DNA of 64,000 bases from Bugula neritina (GCA_964035545.1 OZ037772.1:12212818-12276817), one strand, 5' to 3'. Positions 24,701 through 39,700 are shown, counted from the first letter of the stretch. Notes: a model not told the origin generated them from the letters alone. A program made the numbers and translations.

Positions 24701-27700
24701 TAGAAGTTGTCTGATTATGTAGACTGCACGTCAAGTTTTACCCTGGTGTATTTTAAACTGCCCAATCTGTTCAAGTGGGCGGTGCCTATGCTCATCCAAT
24801 CAGTACACGGGACTTGACTGTATGACAGAGCAGTGTGTCTCAGATTCGGATTGTAGTGACCACGGGGAGTGTGTGCGGGATGTGTTTGATGGTGTGTACT
24901 CTGAACTGTAATACATTACTATAATATAATAGTATGATATATTACTATAATATAATAGTATGATATATTACTATAATATAATAGTATGATATACTACTAT
25001 AATATATTATAGTATATAACTATAATATTACTATGGTATGTGACTATGGTATGTGGTTATAATATAATTGTTATATAATTATAATATATATACGAGTAAG
25101 CCTACATATTTATATATTTTTACTGTAATGTAGTATACAACCATCATATGTATAATTTTACTCATTATATCACCTCACTGATATGTAACTGTCTTGTAGC
25201 TATGGTATTTTAGTGTAAAACTAAGACAATTTCTATGGATATAATCATAAAACGATGTAAAACTTGATAGCTACATTATATAACACTTGTTTGCGTGGTT
25301 CTTATTATAGTTATACTCATCTTTATATTACCACATCATGTCATCATATTTACCATGTCAATGAGAACAACATCTGTAATGTTGAAAAGCTGAAAGTATG
25401 TTTCACTATGCTACAGGAAACCGGTATTGCTCATGTCACCAGAACTATATCGGGAGGAAATGTGACGTGCTCATCAACTCCACGATAAACGGTGCGGGTG
25501 ACTGGAGAGAACTAGCGCCCTCTGGTGTCGGGTTTGAGAGTCGTACAGGTCACAGCGCCGTGTATGACGAGGGAACTCGCTGTATCTGGGTGTTTGGAGG
25601 GTTCAGTCTAACCACAGTCACTAATCAGCTGAGAAAGTTCAACCTGACTACCAACAGATGGGAACTGTAAGTTCCTCTCACAGAGAGGCACCTGCCATTA
25701 AAATTAAAATACACTGTTTTTTATTCTTATTAAAATTTAACATTCTTAGATCTTGTTTTTACAATTATATGAAAAAACTTTATAGCAAGGTAGAAGGATT
25801 TTTCTATTTAGAAAAATTTAACGTTCGGCGTGTGCTATTTCAATATTATTCTTACTTGTAGAGAAGTTGCTGGCGCCGCTGATTGGCCAGGTGCAACCTA
25901 CAACCATAAAGCTGTAGCTGTAGATGGCTGCATGTATATCAGTGGTGGAAGGAATACTACTCATCTACTCTCACACTTCTGGAGGTAACAAAGCTAACTC
26001 TGACTATTTTAGGAGAACTTTTACATTTTTATATAATAGTGTATCCTTTGTTCATTTTTTTATAAATTTTAAATAAATCACCATTATTTTTATCTTTTAG
26101 TTTGTTTTTGTACAAATGTACAGTTTAACTATATCTTGTTTTATTGTTATAAGATGGCTTTATTTGATATGCTTACATAAACTAAGTATTTTAATTAATT
26201 TATGTTGTTTACTCTATCAACTAAAGTAGATTTTATTTTCATAAATGTTCTACCAACTGTCTGAAGATTTTCAAGTTGAAGCAAAGGTAAAAAACTTTTC
26301 CGTGAAAACATGGTAAATGTTTCCCAACTGTAGGTACTGTTTTGGGCCAAGAACCTGGTCCAGACTGTCAGACCTGCCCGAAGCACTTGCTCATCACACC
26401 ATGACACTTGTGGACAGGTTACTCTACATAGTGGGTGGTCTCACCTCTCACCAGACACTGTCCAACTCTATACTGAAGTTTGACACTGACACTTCTGGTA
26501 GGTAGTTGTCAGGTTATCTAGCATTTCTCAGACCTTAAACCTGTGGTTTACTGAATAACATAGATAATACGTGTGCTCACAGGAAATTATGTATCAAATG
26601 TATCATATAAAACTCTTTTGGTGAAGCTTTTACAATCTCTGTTTTTAGGTGAATTGTAGAAATGCACCAAACTGCGTTAGTTAGTTTGAAACCTTAGTGG
26701 AGGCAGTAGGTTTTTTAAGGCCGAGATATTTTCAGTTCCTCCTACAACTTCTTGGATTTATCATTATTGATCATATCAGTGTTTTGTGATATTGAACTTA
26801 TATTAGTGACATGATGGAGTTCCATATTAGTGGTGTTATATTGACCTCTTACAGGTGGCCAGTGGGAAGAAGTCGTTGTTAGAGGTGGAAAAAGGTTAGA
26901 CGTCAATGCAGCTGGTCACTCAACTATATATCATGCTGATACTCGCTCACTCTTTGTGTTTGGAGGCCACAAGGAGCAGATCACCAGATTCTCTCAACTC
27001 AAGTAAGTCATGTTTAGTTTGTTTCATAATTTGATATCTAGCTTTTAATTTATTTTATTTTCTATTCAATGTTGTAGTAACTATTCTTTTCCCTATAATT
27101 GTAGTTTATTGTAGTTTATTATTTGGTTTTATTAGTTTTGTTTATTGTCGTTGATTAAACTTTATTTCACCATAATACTCTTTATTATATAATATTTTAT
27201 TTTTTTTCTAAATCACCAAATGAATAACATACAGTATCATACTATAACATACTATATAATATATACTGTATAACACACTATATAATATATCCTGTATAAC
27301 ACACTATATAATATACACTGTATAACTCGCAGCTCTGACATCTACACCTTCCACGTTGACAAGCAGCACTGGTCCCGCCTCTCCTACTCCACCAGCCTAG
27401 CCTCAGCTCCACCCTCCATGGCCTTCCACACGGCTCACATCATGGGGGGCTACATGGTGGTCTACGGCGGACAGCTGAAGAGACTAGGAACTGAGTCTTG
27501 CATCAGTAAACAGCTCTACGCCTACCACCTCGTCTGTAACAGATGGGTCAGTCTGAGTGACATGTATGACGCTCTGCAGCTCACAGGTACGGCTCTTCCT
27601 ATTGGCTAGCAGTCACTATCAAACTATCTTATTGGCTACAAGTTCATAGCTACACTATATCAGAGTTTAGTATGATCTTATATGTGTGTTTGATTTATTT

Positions 27701-30700
27701 ATTTATTTATTTATTTATTGCATATCACAGACATGAAAACAAGTTGCGAAATTCAGTGTAAATACTGGCTATAATAAGTAGGCGTTAACAAAAATTGGAA
27801 AAAATCAAAACTCTGTTGGATAGTTTAAAATAAAAGATCATTCAAAGTATTTACAAGGTGTTATTTATCAAATTAAGTGTGATCTTAGACTGTGGTCATG
27901 ATATTTTAGACTCAGGACCAGCTGACGATAAGGGAAGACACTCGCACGCTTCTCTAGTAATAAATGAAAATATCCTAGTCATCATTGGCGGTTACCGTGG
28001 CAACGTCCTTGGAGACATCCACTCTTATAAAGTCCTTCCTTCCATAGCTCGAAACTCGGTAGGTTTTTACCATCCGGTAGAAGTATTTATCCAATATATA
28101 TGCTAATTATTAACTGATGGTGGAAATACTTCTTGTTTGTAGAAACTCCAATTTGATTTTCAATATATGCTAATTATTAACTCAATTTGCTTGCGTTTAT
28201 TGAGCATTGATCATACAGTTTTCACTTAACCATCACTGCATTTCCAAGCTTTTGCATCATGTGAATGGATTTTTCATTTGATGTTTGGAAACAATCGCAT
28301 CGAACGATGTCACAACCATAAGTTCATCCGTATGAGCGTCCATTCCCACAATGCAAAGTAACGTAAACGTAGTGATAGTATAGAGGAAAGTCTGGAGATG
28401 ATGTTGTTGTAGGCTGACGCTGACCTAGGGACGGATTATTGTGACAACTACGTGATAGCAGAGGGCTGTGTAACTGACCCCGAGTGCATCTGGTGCCCCT
28501 CCCCTCCCATCTCAGGCTGTGCTTCCAGAACTAAGGCTCATCTCTGTACTGACCCCATACAGTATGACTGCCCAGGCTTATGTGCTGGTAATTCTATCAG
28601 CTCACAACTTATAACTCAAAGAACTTTATATTCTAACTCAAAGTTTGTGGTTGAACTACTTGAAGTTTTTGTAAATTGTGAATAGAAGAACTTCGCATTT
28701 AATCTTTTCTTTTATCTTTCTACTATTGTTGTTTGTGAAGATGTTTGGCTACATTTAATTAGAGTGTTTAACACTTACTGATTCTAACCCCAAAGTAATG
28801 ATAGTAATCTATTCTGCAATAGATGAAGACAATCCATTCACTTGATGCTTATTGTTTTCATGTGTCAGGGAGTTGTCTTTTCAGTATAGACATGAAAATA
28901 ATTCAGTAAGTCTCAAGCTTTCTAATGAGTTACTTTTTATTTCTGTTTACCTGTTTCTCACTTCTGTTGACCTGTATCTCACTACTAGTTCTCCTGTATC
29001 TCACTACTAGTTCACCTGTATCTCACCTATGTTTACCTGTATCTCAGCTCTCACCGACTGCCAGTCCTGCGTCGTACAGAGTCATAACGTCACGTCACCG
29101 ACGTACCCGCTCCTCCGCCAGCCTGAGCCGTGTGCCTGGTGTATCCACGAGAGAACCTGCCAGCCTCTGTCAAGCATGACTGGCTCGTGTCAGCAACCAC
29201 CTGCAGAGCCTGTCGGATGGTGGATGGGCGGAGTTACAGAGGCACACAACCAATCAGCGTGCGTCAGTGTTGACAACTGGCCGGCTGGTTTCAGATACGC
29301 TGTATACCGGACTCCCGTAGACTACAGCCTAGCTGATAAGGTATGAGTCATTATGGAGTTGCCCTCTCTTTAGTATACTCACAATCCTGATTGTATATGT
29401 GTTTACAGTTTTTCCTAAATTAATGAAAGGTAATTTACATGCACTAAATGCTATAAATTGCCTTCAGGTAATTGTGAAGCAAACACTGCATCTTCAAGCT
29501 TCCTTTTATTCAAATGAATTTTTCATTCGATGTTTGGAAACAGTTGCATCAAATGAAATCACAACCATAAGTTTATCCATACGAACACTCATTTGCACAA
29601 TGCTAAGGCACCTAAGCATCTAAGGCAGCTAAGCACAGAGTATGTTAAAGATGCTCTGTTACCATCTTCATGTCATCTTCTGTATCATATACACTGCGTT
29701 TCCATGACTGCGCATAATGCGAATGAATGCTTGTATGGATTATTTGTGGTTTGTGGTTTGCATTACCTTATAGTTGCGGTTTCATCCGATGTAACTGTTT
29801 CCATTAGCCGAATGAAAAAATCCATTCGCATAATGCGATAATGGAAACGCAGTGATTGAGTAAATACATATCTCGCCCTCAGAGTAAATACATGTCTCAC
29901 CCTCAGAGTAGTAAATACATGTCTCACCCTCATCAGGTGGAGTAGTTGTGACTCTAACCTATTACTATATCTGTGTTGTAGGTGTCTCATAATGACACTG
30001 TATTGGTCACATGGGATAAGCTTAGCCCTGGTTCTTCACCTACACGTAATGAGGCTAACTTCTACATCCACCCTAATGATGTGAATGAAGGTGGAGATTC
30101 AGTGGAACTGGAGTTGTGGTCTCAGTATGCTGACACCAACGTCACGTTGATAGAGGGAAATCAGGAGGTATAGTATAGTATATAGTATAGTATAGTGTAT
30201 AGTATATAGTATATAGTATAGTATGTAGTATAGTATATAATATAGTATAGCCTAAGTATCCTGTATTTTCAGATCTTGATAAGAGAGCTCCGACCATAAA
30301 TTATAACATAGTGTAGTATATAGCATAGTATAGTATAGTATATAATATAGTACAGTATATAGTATAGTGCATAGTATAGTGCATAGTATAGTCTAAGTAT
30401 ATAGTATATAGTATAGTGCATAGTATAGTATATAGTATAGTATATGGTATAGTATATAGTATAGTATAGTATATAGTATAGTATGTAGTATAGTATAGTA
30501 TAGTATGTAGTATATAGTATAGTATATAGTATAGTATATAGTATAGTATGTAGTATAGTATAGTATAGTATGTAGTATATAGTATAGTATATAGTATAGT
30601 ATATAGTATAGTATATAGTATAGTATGTAGTATAGTATATAGTATAGTATAGTATATAGTATATTATAGTATATAGTATAGTGTAGAGTAGTGTAGTATG

Positions 30701-33700
30701 TAGTATAGCCCAAGTATCCTGTATTTTCAGATCTTAATAGGAGAGCTCCGACCATCTGGTGTTTCAGCTGAGAGACTCAGTCTACACCGACCTTCGAACC
30801 CCACAGATGTATTCAGCAGCTATAGCCGAGGGGAGAAGTATTTGCTGCAGATAAGCTCTGTGAACACTCCTGCATTTCTGTCTTCTGTGGCTACATTTGG
30901 CTTGCGGTGGAACGCCACTACTCTGTCTGTCAGCTCTTTTGTTGACATCACTAAGGAGTACTTGCAGCCGTACAGGTCTGTCTGTCTCTGTGTGTCTGTA
31001 TGTCTCCGTGTCTGTCTGTGTGTTTGTCTCTGTGTGTCTGTCCGTGTGTCTGTCTCTTTGTGTGCATGCTAAACACACCCTCTATGCTGTCTAATTTTTA
31101 TTTTAGCCCAGTGTCTCAATCTATTAGCCCTAGTTCTGTGTGTTGTAGTGGCTCCAACTGCTCATCTTATCGGAGTTGTCTCTCTTGCCAAATAGATGTA
31201 GGGTGTGGCTGGTGTCCGACCAATCAGCAGTGTGTGTCAAGGTCAGACGAGTCAAGGACGTCTGCTCAGTGTGGTACAGATTCTCCACAACACTGGCTGG
31301 TCACTGGTGAGAGATTCTGTTGCTGTTAGACTGAAGGCCTTTTCTTCTATTACCTTCTGATTGCTATCAGACTATTCTTTATTTGCATCATAAAACTATA
31401 CAGACAGTAGTAAAATGGTGACCAACATAACACTAATATCTCTGTGCTAAATAAAGACTTTCAAAGAATCTGTATTAAGATGGTGACTGGAGTAGCATCG
31501 ATATACTCAGTACTGAACAATACTGAATGCTGTTACATTACCACGTCTTATGCTGTTACATTGCCACATCTCATGCTGTTACATCATTTCCTTTTGTTCT
31601 CCTTGTAGAGCCGACCCTGTGTGAAGTGTGTGAGAACTTCATAGACTGTCAGCACTGTACCTCCACTGGAGTATGTGAGTGGAGCCACTCTTCTCTAGAG
31701 TGCAGCAGACGTGGTATAGAGGTCAATGTAACGGAGAGAGCAGTGGACAGTTCGGAGTGCCACTCTGTCTGTAACCAGTGAGTATGGTAACTAGGTCTAC
31801 GTTACAGCTGTAACACTATGACATAAACTCACGCAAGTTTATAGTCACCATCCCTGTGAGAAACCCTGGTGGAAAGAGATTTTTTGTTAAATCGGGCTAA
31901 GGACTTATTCAGGCGGGGCACAGAAGCAATTATGACTGGATGCTCTTCCTAACATCACCAATAGCCTTTGTCGTGTTCATACCCATGACTTCGTGTTTAC
32001 TAGGCAAACGCTCTAACCCCTAGACCACGACTGCTCCCTGTAACTCCATGTCATATACTATATATAAATATACTTGGAGTATACTGAGTATGAGGTGATT
32101 TAAGTAATACTGGATGTTTGTTTTTAGACGACAAAACTGCAGCGAGTGTCTGCGATATGCTGACGAATGCGTCTGGTGTGACAGCGCTCAGTCATGTGAC
32201 CAGTTCTCACCCTACCTGGTCATCAACTCTTACGGACAGTGCACTTCCTGGCGAGATGGATATCTAACAGCAGGTTAGTATGTCCCTTCAGTCTCCCTCT
32301 CCTTCTCTTCTGTCAGCAAATTAGTATGTGTCTTCACTCTCCCTCTCCTTCTCTTCTGTCAGCAAATTAGTATGTGTCTTCACTCTCCCTCTCCTTCTCT
32401 TCTGTCAGCAGGTTAGTATGTGTCTTCACTCTCCCTCTCCTTCTCTTCTGTCAGCAGGTTAGTATGTTCAGTCTAGTTTCAGGTGTATTCATTCTCTCTC
32501 ACCCTTTCTCTCATTCCTTCTCTCACCCTTTCTCTCATTCCTTCTCTCACCCTTTCTCTCATTCCTTCTCTCACCCTTTCTCTCATTCCTTCTCTCACCC
32601 TTTCTCTCATTCCTTCTCTCACCCTTTCTCTCATTCCTTCTCTCACTCAACCACTAACTCAATACTCACTCTTTTTAACTCTATCATTTTTTACTCGCGT
32701 AATACTCAGTAAATCACTCACTCACTCTCATTCTTTCTGTCACTCACTCTCTTACTCACTCAATCTCTCACTCACTCACTTACTTTTTCTCTCACTTTGC
32801 TTTTCTCTCACTCACTCAATCTCTCACTCACTCACTAATTTACCCATATAGTTTTTTCTTTCACCCATCTCTCCTTTCACAATGAATACCTTCTGATTAA
32901 ACTGCCGTGTTCCTCTAACAAAGGTGAATGTTTAGACTGTGGCTCCCACACAACCTGCTCAGAGTGTTTGGCTCAGCCATCCTGTGGCTGGTGTGGAAAC
33001 GACTTCAACCCTAACATCGGTGAGTTGTCTTCTCTTTCTATTATAATGAGTTGTCTTCTCTCTCTAATATAGTGAGTTGTGTTCTCTTTCTATTATAGTG
33101 AGTTGTGTTATCTATTATATGCTATTATCAAGGAGCTGCATACAGCATTGAGTTCTACAGCCACTGGGCAAATAAATATATGTGTGATGCAAATCCCTAA
33201 AATGTATTTTTGGTAAAATAGTTACAATATATTGTTATATTATGTTCAATTATTTGTTTTCTGTATGAACTACTGTATGGTATAGGATAACTTGATTATT
33301 TATATAATCTTTATAACAATATTAACTTATTGGTAACTTGATAATTTATAGTTTTAAATAAAATTATAAATTTCATTGATCAACTATGTACTTGCCAGGT
33401 ATATGTACAAGTGGAGATTATTCCACATCATCAAACTGCTCCGCCCTTCTCTCTGCTGCACTCAATGTCACCTGGGAGTTGCTTTCTCTCAACCTCTCCA
33501 CATCTGCACTCAACAGCAGTATTATCAATGATCTCTCCGTGCCAGCCTCTTTCTCATACGGAGTTTGTCCCGATGTGCAGGAGTGTACTCTAGGCATTGA
33601 CCTCTGTCATGAGAACGCCACTTGCATCAACACCCCGGAGTCTTATGACTGCATCTGCAATCAAGGGTATGTCATTAGAGGTTACACTGCGTTTTATTGG

Positions 33701-36700
33701 CCGTACGAAACTGTAATGTTATGTGTGATTGGTTATTGTAGATGCTAACAGTGCTTGACTCCATTTTATTTCATTTTTATTTTATTATTTTACTTTTTGA
33801 GACACTAAAGGTAAATTTATATTTTGTTTAAATTTATTTTTGTTTAGATTTTACTTTTTGTTTAGATATTATTTTTTCTTTAAATTTATTTTTTCTTCAA
33901 ATTAGGAAAATATAATTTGAAGTGTAACAAAGCTTTCATTGGTGATTTCTGTTCCTTATTTTAGCTTTGAAGGTGATGGCATAGAGTTTTGTAACAAGAC
34001 TTGTTTTTACGAGTGTGTTTACGGGACGTGCAGTGGACCCCCGCTGTATGAGTGCGAGTGTGACTTGGGCTGGACCAACATCTCATGCGATACTGACTGT
34101 GGCTGTTACAATCACAGTACTTGTGATATATCTGGTGTCGGTACATGCGACTCCTGCCAGGAAATGACATACGGTACGTCTGCAGCTTACGCTTTTTATA
34201 TAGAGTTATCTTCTCGTCTAAACTTGCGATTTGAAATTTAGCAGCTTCAGCTAAAATGTATATAATGATTGGTTTTCCTACTTTTTGCTTATCTGATTGT
34301 TTTCTCACGTCAGCGTCAGCTACTTGGTCAAATGTCAGGAAATTACGTCACAAACTTTTGCTCGACTAGATATTTAGTCTTTAATTTTTTTTATCTAATG
34401 TTTCTTTTCATATATTTTTTGTCGTTGAACATTTTTTGCTAATTTAGCATACAGACAATTCACTCACATCACATATTTGCCAGTAATCTATGACACTTGT
34501 ATTGTGTTGGTTACTCAGTATTACCACTGTATTACAGGCCAGCACTGCGAATTCTGTCTACCCACTAGCTACGGGAACGCAACTGTAGCCCCGGGTTGTC
34601 TCCCATGTGACTGCAACGGGCACGGGGTAGCTGCCCGGGATTTGTGTGACATAGCCTCAGGGGTGTGTTTCTGTGAGGAGGGGTTTACTGGAGATCAATG
34701 TGAGCAGTGTGATATTGACTCTACAGGGGATCCCAGGTGAGCCGTCTGCATGTCTCTTCTGTATGCTGATTGGCTAATTGTTAGTATTCAGTTGGTTGGA
34801 ATTTCTTACTAATACTGCTATCCTAAAGTTCTTAGCTCAGAGAATCTTGCTCCATTTAAAAAGTTGATTCAAGATAAAATTACCTAAATTATAATAGTGA
34901 AACTTTTATGGATGACATTGTATTCTAGTTTATGTTTTAATAGTAAAACCTTTTGCATTTATGAGTGGAAATTTTCGTTTTAAAATTGACTATCTTGGTT
35001 TTTTTCTCTCCTCTGTTGCTCTAGTAATAGAAAGTTTTGTCTATGGTGTAAATGTATAAGACTCTGGCGGTTACCAACTTACAGAGGCTGTAAAGTTGAT
35101 TAAATTTTTGTGGTAGCCATGGATATAGTGTTTTAGAAGTCAGGTTGTTTCATAGCCCAAGTTCTTACTCTGCACATATTATGAGGCGTGGGTAGAGAGG
35201 TTCTCAACCCAATGTATTGTAGAGATGGGCAGCCGTGCTACTCCTTCAGTCACACACGGCTGGTCGTACTGAACGTCACGGGAGTCGATGGTGTCACCTC
35301 GCAAGGGAAGTACGAGGAGGTGACGTACACCAGGTGGATCATCTCACCTTTCTCTGACCTTGATACATCCTATACACCGACAGACTCTCCGGTCATGACC
35401 TTCACCTTAGACTCTATCAGTACGACTTGCCCAGAGGTAGTGTTTACCCTATTGTTGTGTTTGTACTCTAGTATTCTTATTATTCTACACACAATACATT
35501 AACACTATATTATTATTCTACAGTGAATATATTAACACTATTCTTATTATTCTACACACTATACAATAACACTATATTATTATTCTACTCTCAATATATT
35601 AACACTATATTATTATTCTACACTCAATATATTAACTCTATTATTATTCTACACACAATATATTAACACTATATTATTATTCTACTCTATTCTATGAACA
35701 GGGCTATGTGTACGTATATGATGGGATAAACACCAACAATAGCCTGGGCTATGTGACTGCTTTCTGCGGGTCAGTGAGTGACGAGCCTAGTCTGAGGAGT
35801 GTGGATATATTCTCAGGCTATCTCACTCTCGTCTACTACGGCAACGGAACTGGTTAGTCATCTTTCTCTCTCTTTCTAGTTCATGTCGAGATACTTTTAA
35901 TTACATATCTGGTTTGATTATGTCAGTTTGCATTCACCTCTTTTTTTCAGAAATGTTTGAGTGCTTTTAAGTGTGTGGAGAACATTAAGAATTAACTAAA
36001 ACAATGTGCTATAGCCTCAGTATCACAGCCTCGGTATCATAGCCTCAGTATCATAGCCTCAGTACCATAGCCTCAGTGCCATAACCTCAGTACGGGACAG
36101 TACCATAGCCTCAGTACCTTAATTACTCTAGCCACTGCCTGTTTTCTACTTCCATGCAGATAACGAGATGTTCACAGCCCGGTACACTGTTCATGCGTGT
36201 AACACCAGTTGCTATGGTAACCGATGGTGCAACGCCAATGGCTCTTGTGTGTGTAAGGAAGGATTCACTGGTGTTGACTGTGGAATAGAAATATGCCCCA
36301 ACAACTGCTCTGGCCGAGGCTTCTGTAACCAGGTATGCCTGACTCTAGACATCAATGTACTTCTATATCACTATGGTGAACCTCGCGTCTAGAGATCTGT
36401 TGGTTGTGACTGCAATAATCATTTTATTGGTTATAAAACTTCTAGCATGTTTTGTAACCATTTTAACATTTCTCGTCTTTCAGGGGTCGCTAACGTGCTT
36501 CTGTAATGAGGGATACTCAGGAGAAGACTGTAGCCTGAGTTCATTTCTCACTGTGAACAGACTAGTTGAGGGAGCACATACCGATCTCAGTCCTACGCCC
36601 CGTCAGAGCTTCACAGTTGTTTACTGCAGCGCCGAGGGCTTCATTCTATTTGGTGGTTACTCCACTCAACACGGCTACATGAATGATATCTGGAGATTTA

Positions 36701-39700
36701 GAAGTGGGGTCTGGTCACAGATTACACCTTCCTGTAAGTATTTCCTGTATATTCAGCTTGCCTTCTGCAGATTTCACTTTCTTGTCAATCTCTTCTCTTC
36801 TGTTCATCAATACACTGACATGTATTTTTTTTATATTTCAAAAATTTTTGTTTTTCAATGCATTTCATTGATTTGTTGCATAAGCAATGATGTTTAATAT
36901 GATTACTCTATCATACTTGTCTATCTTCAGCACCAAGCCCACCTGGTAGATACCTCCACGCCTCTGTCTGTGTCAACGGAGAGATGGTGGTTCATGGTGG
37001 TTTAATTCTCTCTGGGAATCAGCCAATCACAGACCACACTGTCTGGGCGTTCTCATTCTCAGCCAACTCATGGAATAAAGAAGCCGTAAGCTTTGTAACC
37101 AGTCATTCTATCTCTCAACTTGTATTAGAAATGTTTTGTATCTCCTTAATTGATTAGAATTTCCTTGGGAATATATTAGTTTTATTAGACTTGTACCTAT
37201 GCAGCCTTTGATTATTGTTTTCTGCCCTAATTTCTGTTATGTGACCTACTTTCTTTTGTGTGACCTACTTTATGTTATGTGACCTACTTTCTTTTGTGTG
37301 ACCTACTTTATGTTATGTGACCTACTTTCTGTTATGTGACCTACTACTTGTTATGTGACCTATTTCTTGTTATGCTAATATGAGGCCACTTCCTTTTTTC
37401 ATTTCATCATCTCTATTATCATCTGCTTCTACCACGTGACTACTCTGTCTGTCATGTGACTACTCATTCTATCATGTGACAGCTAATTTTTGCCATGTAA
37501 CTACTAATTACATCATGTGACTACTCATTCTATCATATGATAGGTGCACACAGCTGACTTGGCCGGTCACACTATGACTCATGTGGGTGGAAGCATCTCG
37601 GTCGTGATTGGTGGATTCTCTCTCACTACCGACTGGAGTAACAACACGTTCACCTATGACCATGGAACTAAGGAGTGGATGGTGGATACAGAGGCCACAG
37701 GGGCCGTCCCTGCAGGTAATGATCCTAGCCCTACATTGTCAAGTTGTTGTGCAAGTCCGCAAGCTATGGGATGGACTTTCCTCACTGATCTAATATAATT
37801 GGAATTCACTTGAAGCAGGACGAGTTGGTGGTCACCGAGTACATTGGTTCTGAGGTCTTTAGTCTGGAGCCATGACAAATGGGCAAACAGTAGATAAACT
37901 CTGCACTCAGTCGCCTCCAACTCGGTGCTGCTTGTAGCCATTCTCGATAGAGTTATCAAATTTGTGGCCTGAGTTTCTCTACATTTAGCCTTTGTTCTTG
38001 TAGGTCTGATGATGCACACCTCTGTATACCACCTCCACAGCAACTCTCTCTACATCCACGGTGGTTACAGGTACTACATTGACAAACAGCTTCCTACAAA
38101 CGAGACGTTCTTCTTCAGTTTTCAAGATCACAGGTATTTCACAGCGTTTTCTCTAGTCAGGTGAAGTTGCCGCGTCTTAAGCTATACAATGATATATCAA
38201 TAATTTAGTTAATGAATCCACGATAGCTTACGTGTTTGAAGGTTTTGCCACTTGAAGTCTTTGAATTATTCATTGCCATTTGTTCTGTAGATAATGTTGT
38301 TTTACTGTAAATACGAGTAGATTAATTAGTTGGCAATATATTTCAGAAACACAGGAAACTCAGAAGGATTATGGGTAAACGGGAAACATGTTATAAATGA
38401 TGAAATATCCAAAATATGTGGGGAGCGTAACTCCAAAGTAGTAGTTTAAATATTGATCACACTCTGTAGGTGGTACAAGAGATCTGATGACTCCATCAGC
38501 TCCACCGACAGTAGATATCTACACTCCGCTGTACAGATCGGGGATCAGATGGTACTCATGGGTGGTCTCAGCTCTCAGCCTCATCACCTCTACCAGCCCT
38601 CCATATCTCTCTACGACTATGCATGTGACTGCTGGCATAATGTCGGTGAGTGATGAGCAACAGGTGCTTTATATGTATCATAATGACTCTGTGTCGCAGG
38701 TACTCTGTATGTGTCATACCGACTTGGTTTAGCAGGTGCTCTGTATGCGTCGTACTGACTTGGTATAGCAGGTACTCTGTATGTGTCATAATGACTTGGT
38801 GTAGCAGGTGCTTTATTCATGTTGTACTGAATTTGCTCTATATGTGTCATACTGACATAGAATCGCAGGTAGTCTGTATGCGTCGTACTGACTTCGTGTG
38901 GCAGGTGCTCTGTATGTGTCATACTGACTTGGTGAGTAGGTGATATAAAACATTGACTTGATGTTACTTGGTGTAGCAGGTACTCTATATGAGTCGTACT
39001 GACTTGGTATAGCAGGTGATATATAACAGTGACTCAATGTTCTATGCTGATCTCTTCAGGGGATTTGCCGAGACCAATGAGTGGACACGCTGCCGTAGCT
39101 ACTGGCTCCAGAGTCTATATATTCAGCAGCAGTTATGACTCACTCTCTGTCGATACTTTCCAATTGCCGCAAGACGTCTGCTCTCTCTACTCTGGTAACA
39201 CGAGTGACGTCTGCACCGCCCACAGGGGGTGTCACGCCTGTGAGGATAACGGGTTCTTTCACTGCTTCAAAAATATCTCCTCGCCTCCTTTTCCGTAAGC
39301 TCGGTAGACAAATACATTAGACAGTGTATTCTAGTTGTACATTAGATATGTTTGGAAACTATATTTACGTCATTTAGACTTTTGGTAAATGTGATAATAA
39401 ATGTCAAAAGTGTGTACACCTTTGATTGCAGATGGTTGGATATTTATAAATTGCAGAAATGTTCAACTACTGTGAACTTTTCTATCTCAGACAAGACACA
39501 TTCTCAAGTCATACTTTTCTTATTCTTATTATTTTCTGCATTTACTCTACACTTTTTTACTTTCTACTTACTACACTTTACTTACTATACTCTACTTACT
39601 GTACTATACATACCATATTATACTTACTATATTATACCATATACTATACTATACTACGCTATACACTATACTATACTACAGTATATACTATACTATACTA

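Noticed and set aside
24735-24775. 41-nt GT-AG mini-intron fixing the MEGF8 exon 5 frame
   Set aside because: Removing 41 nt does not restore the frame; 40 nt would be needed
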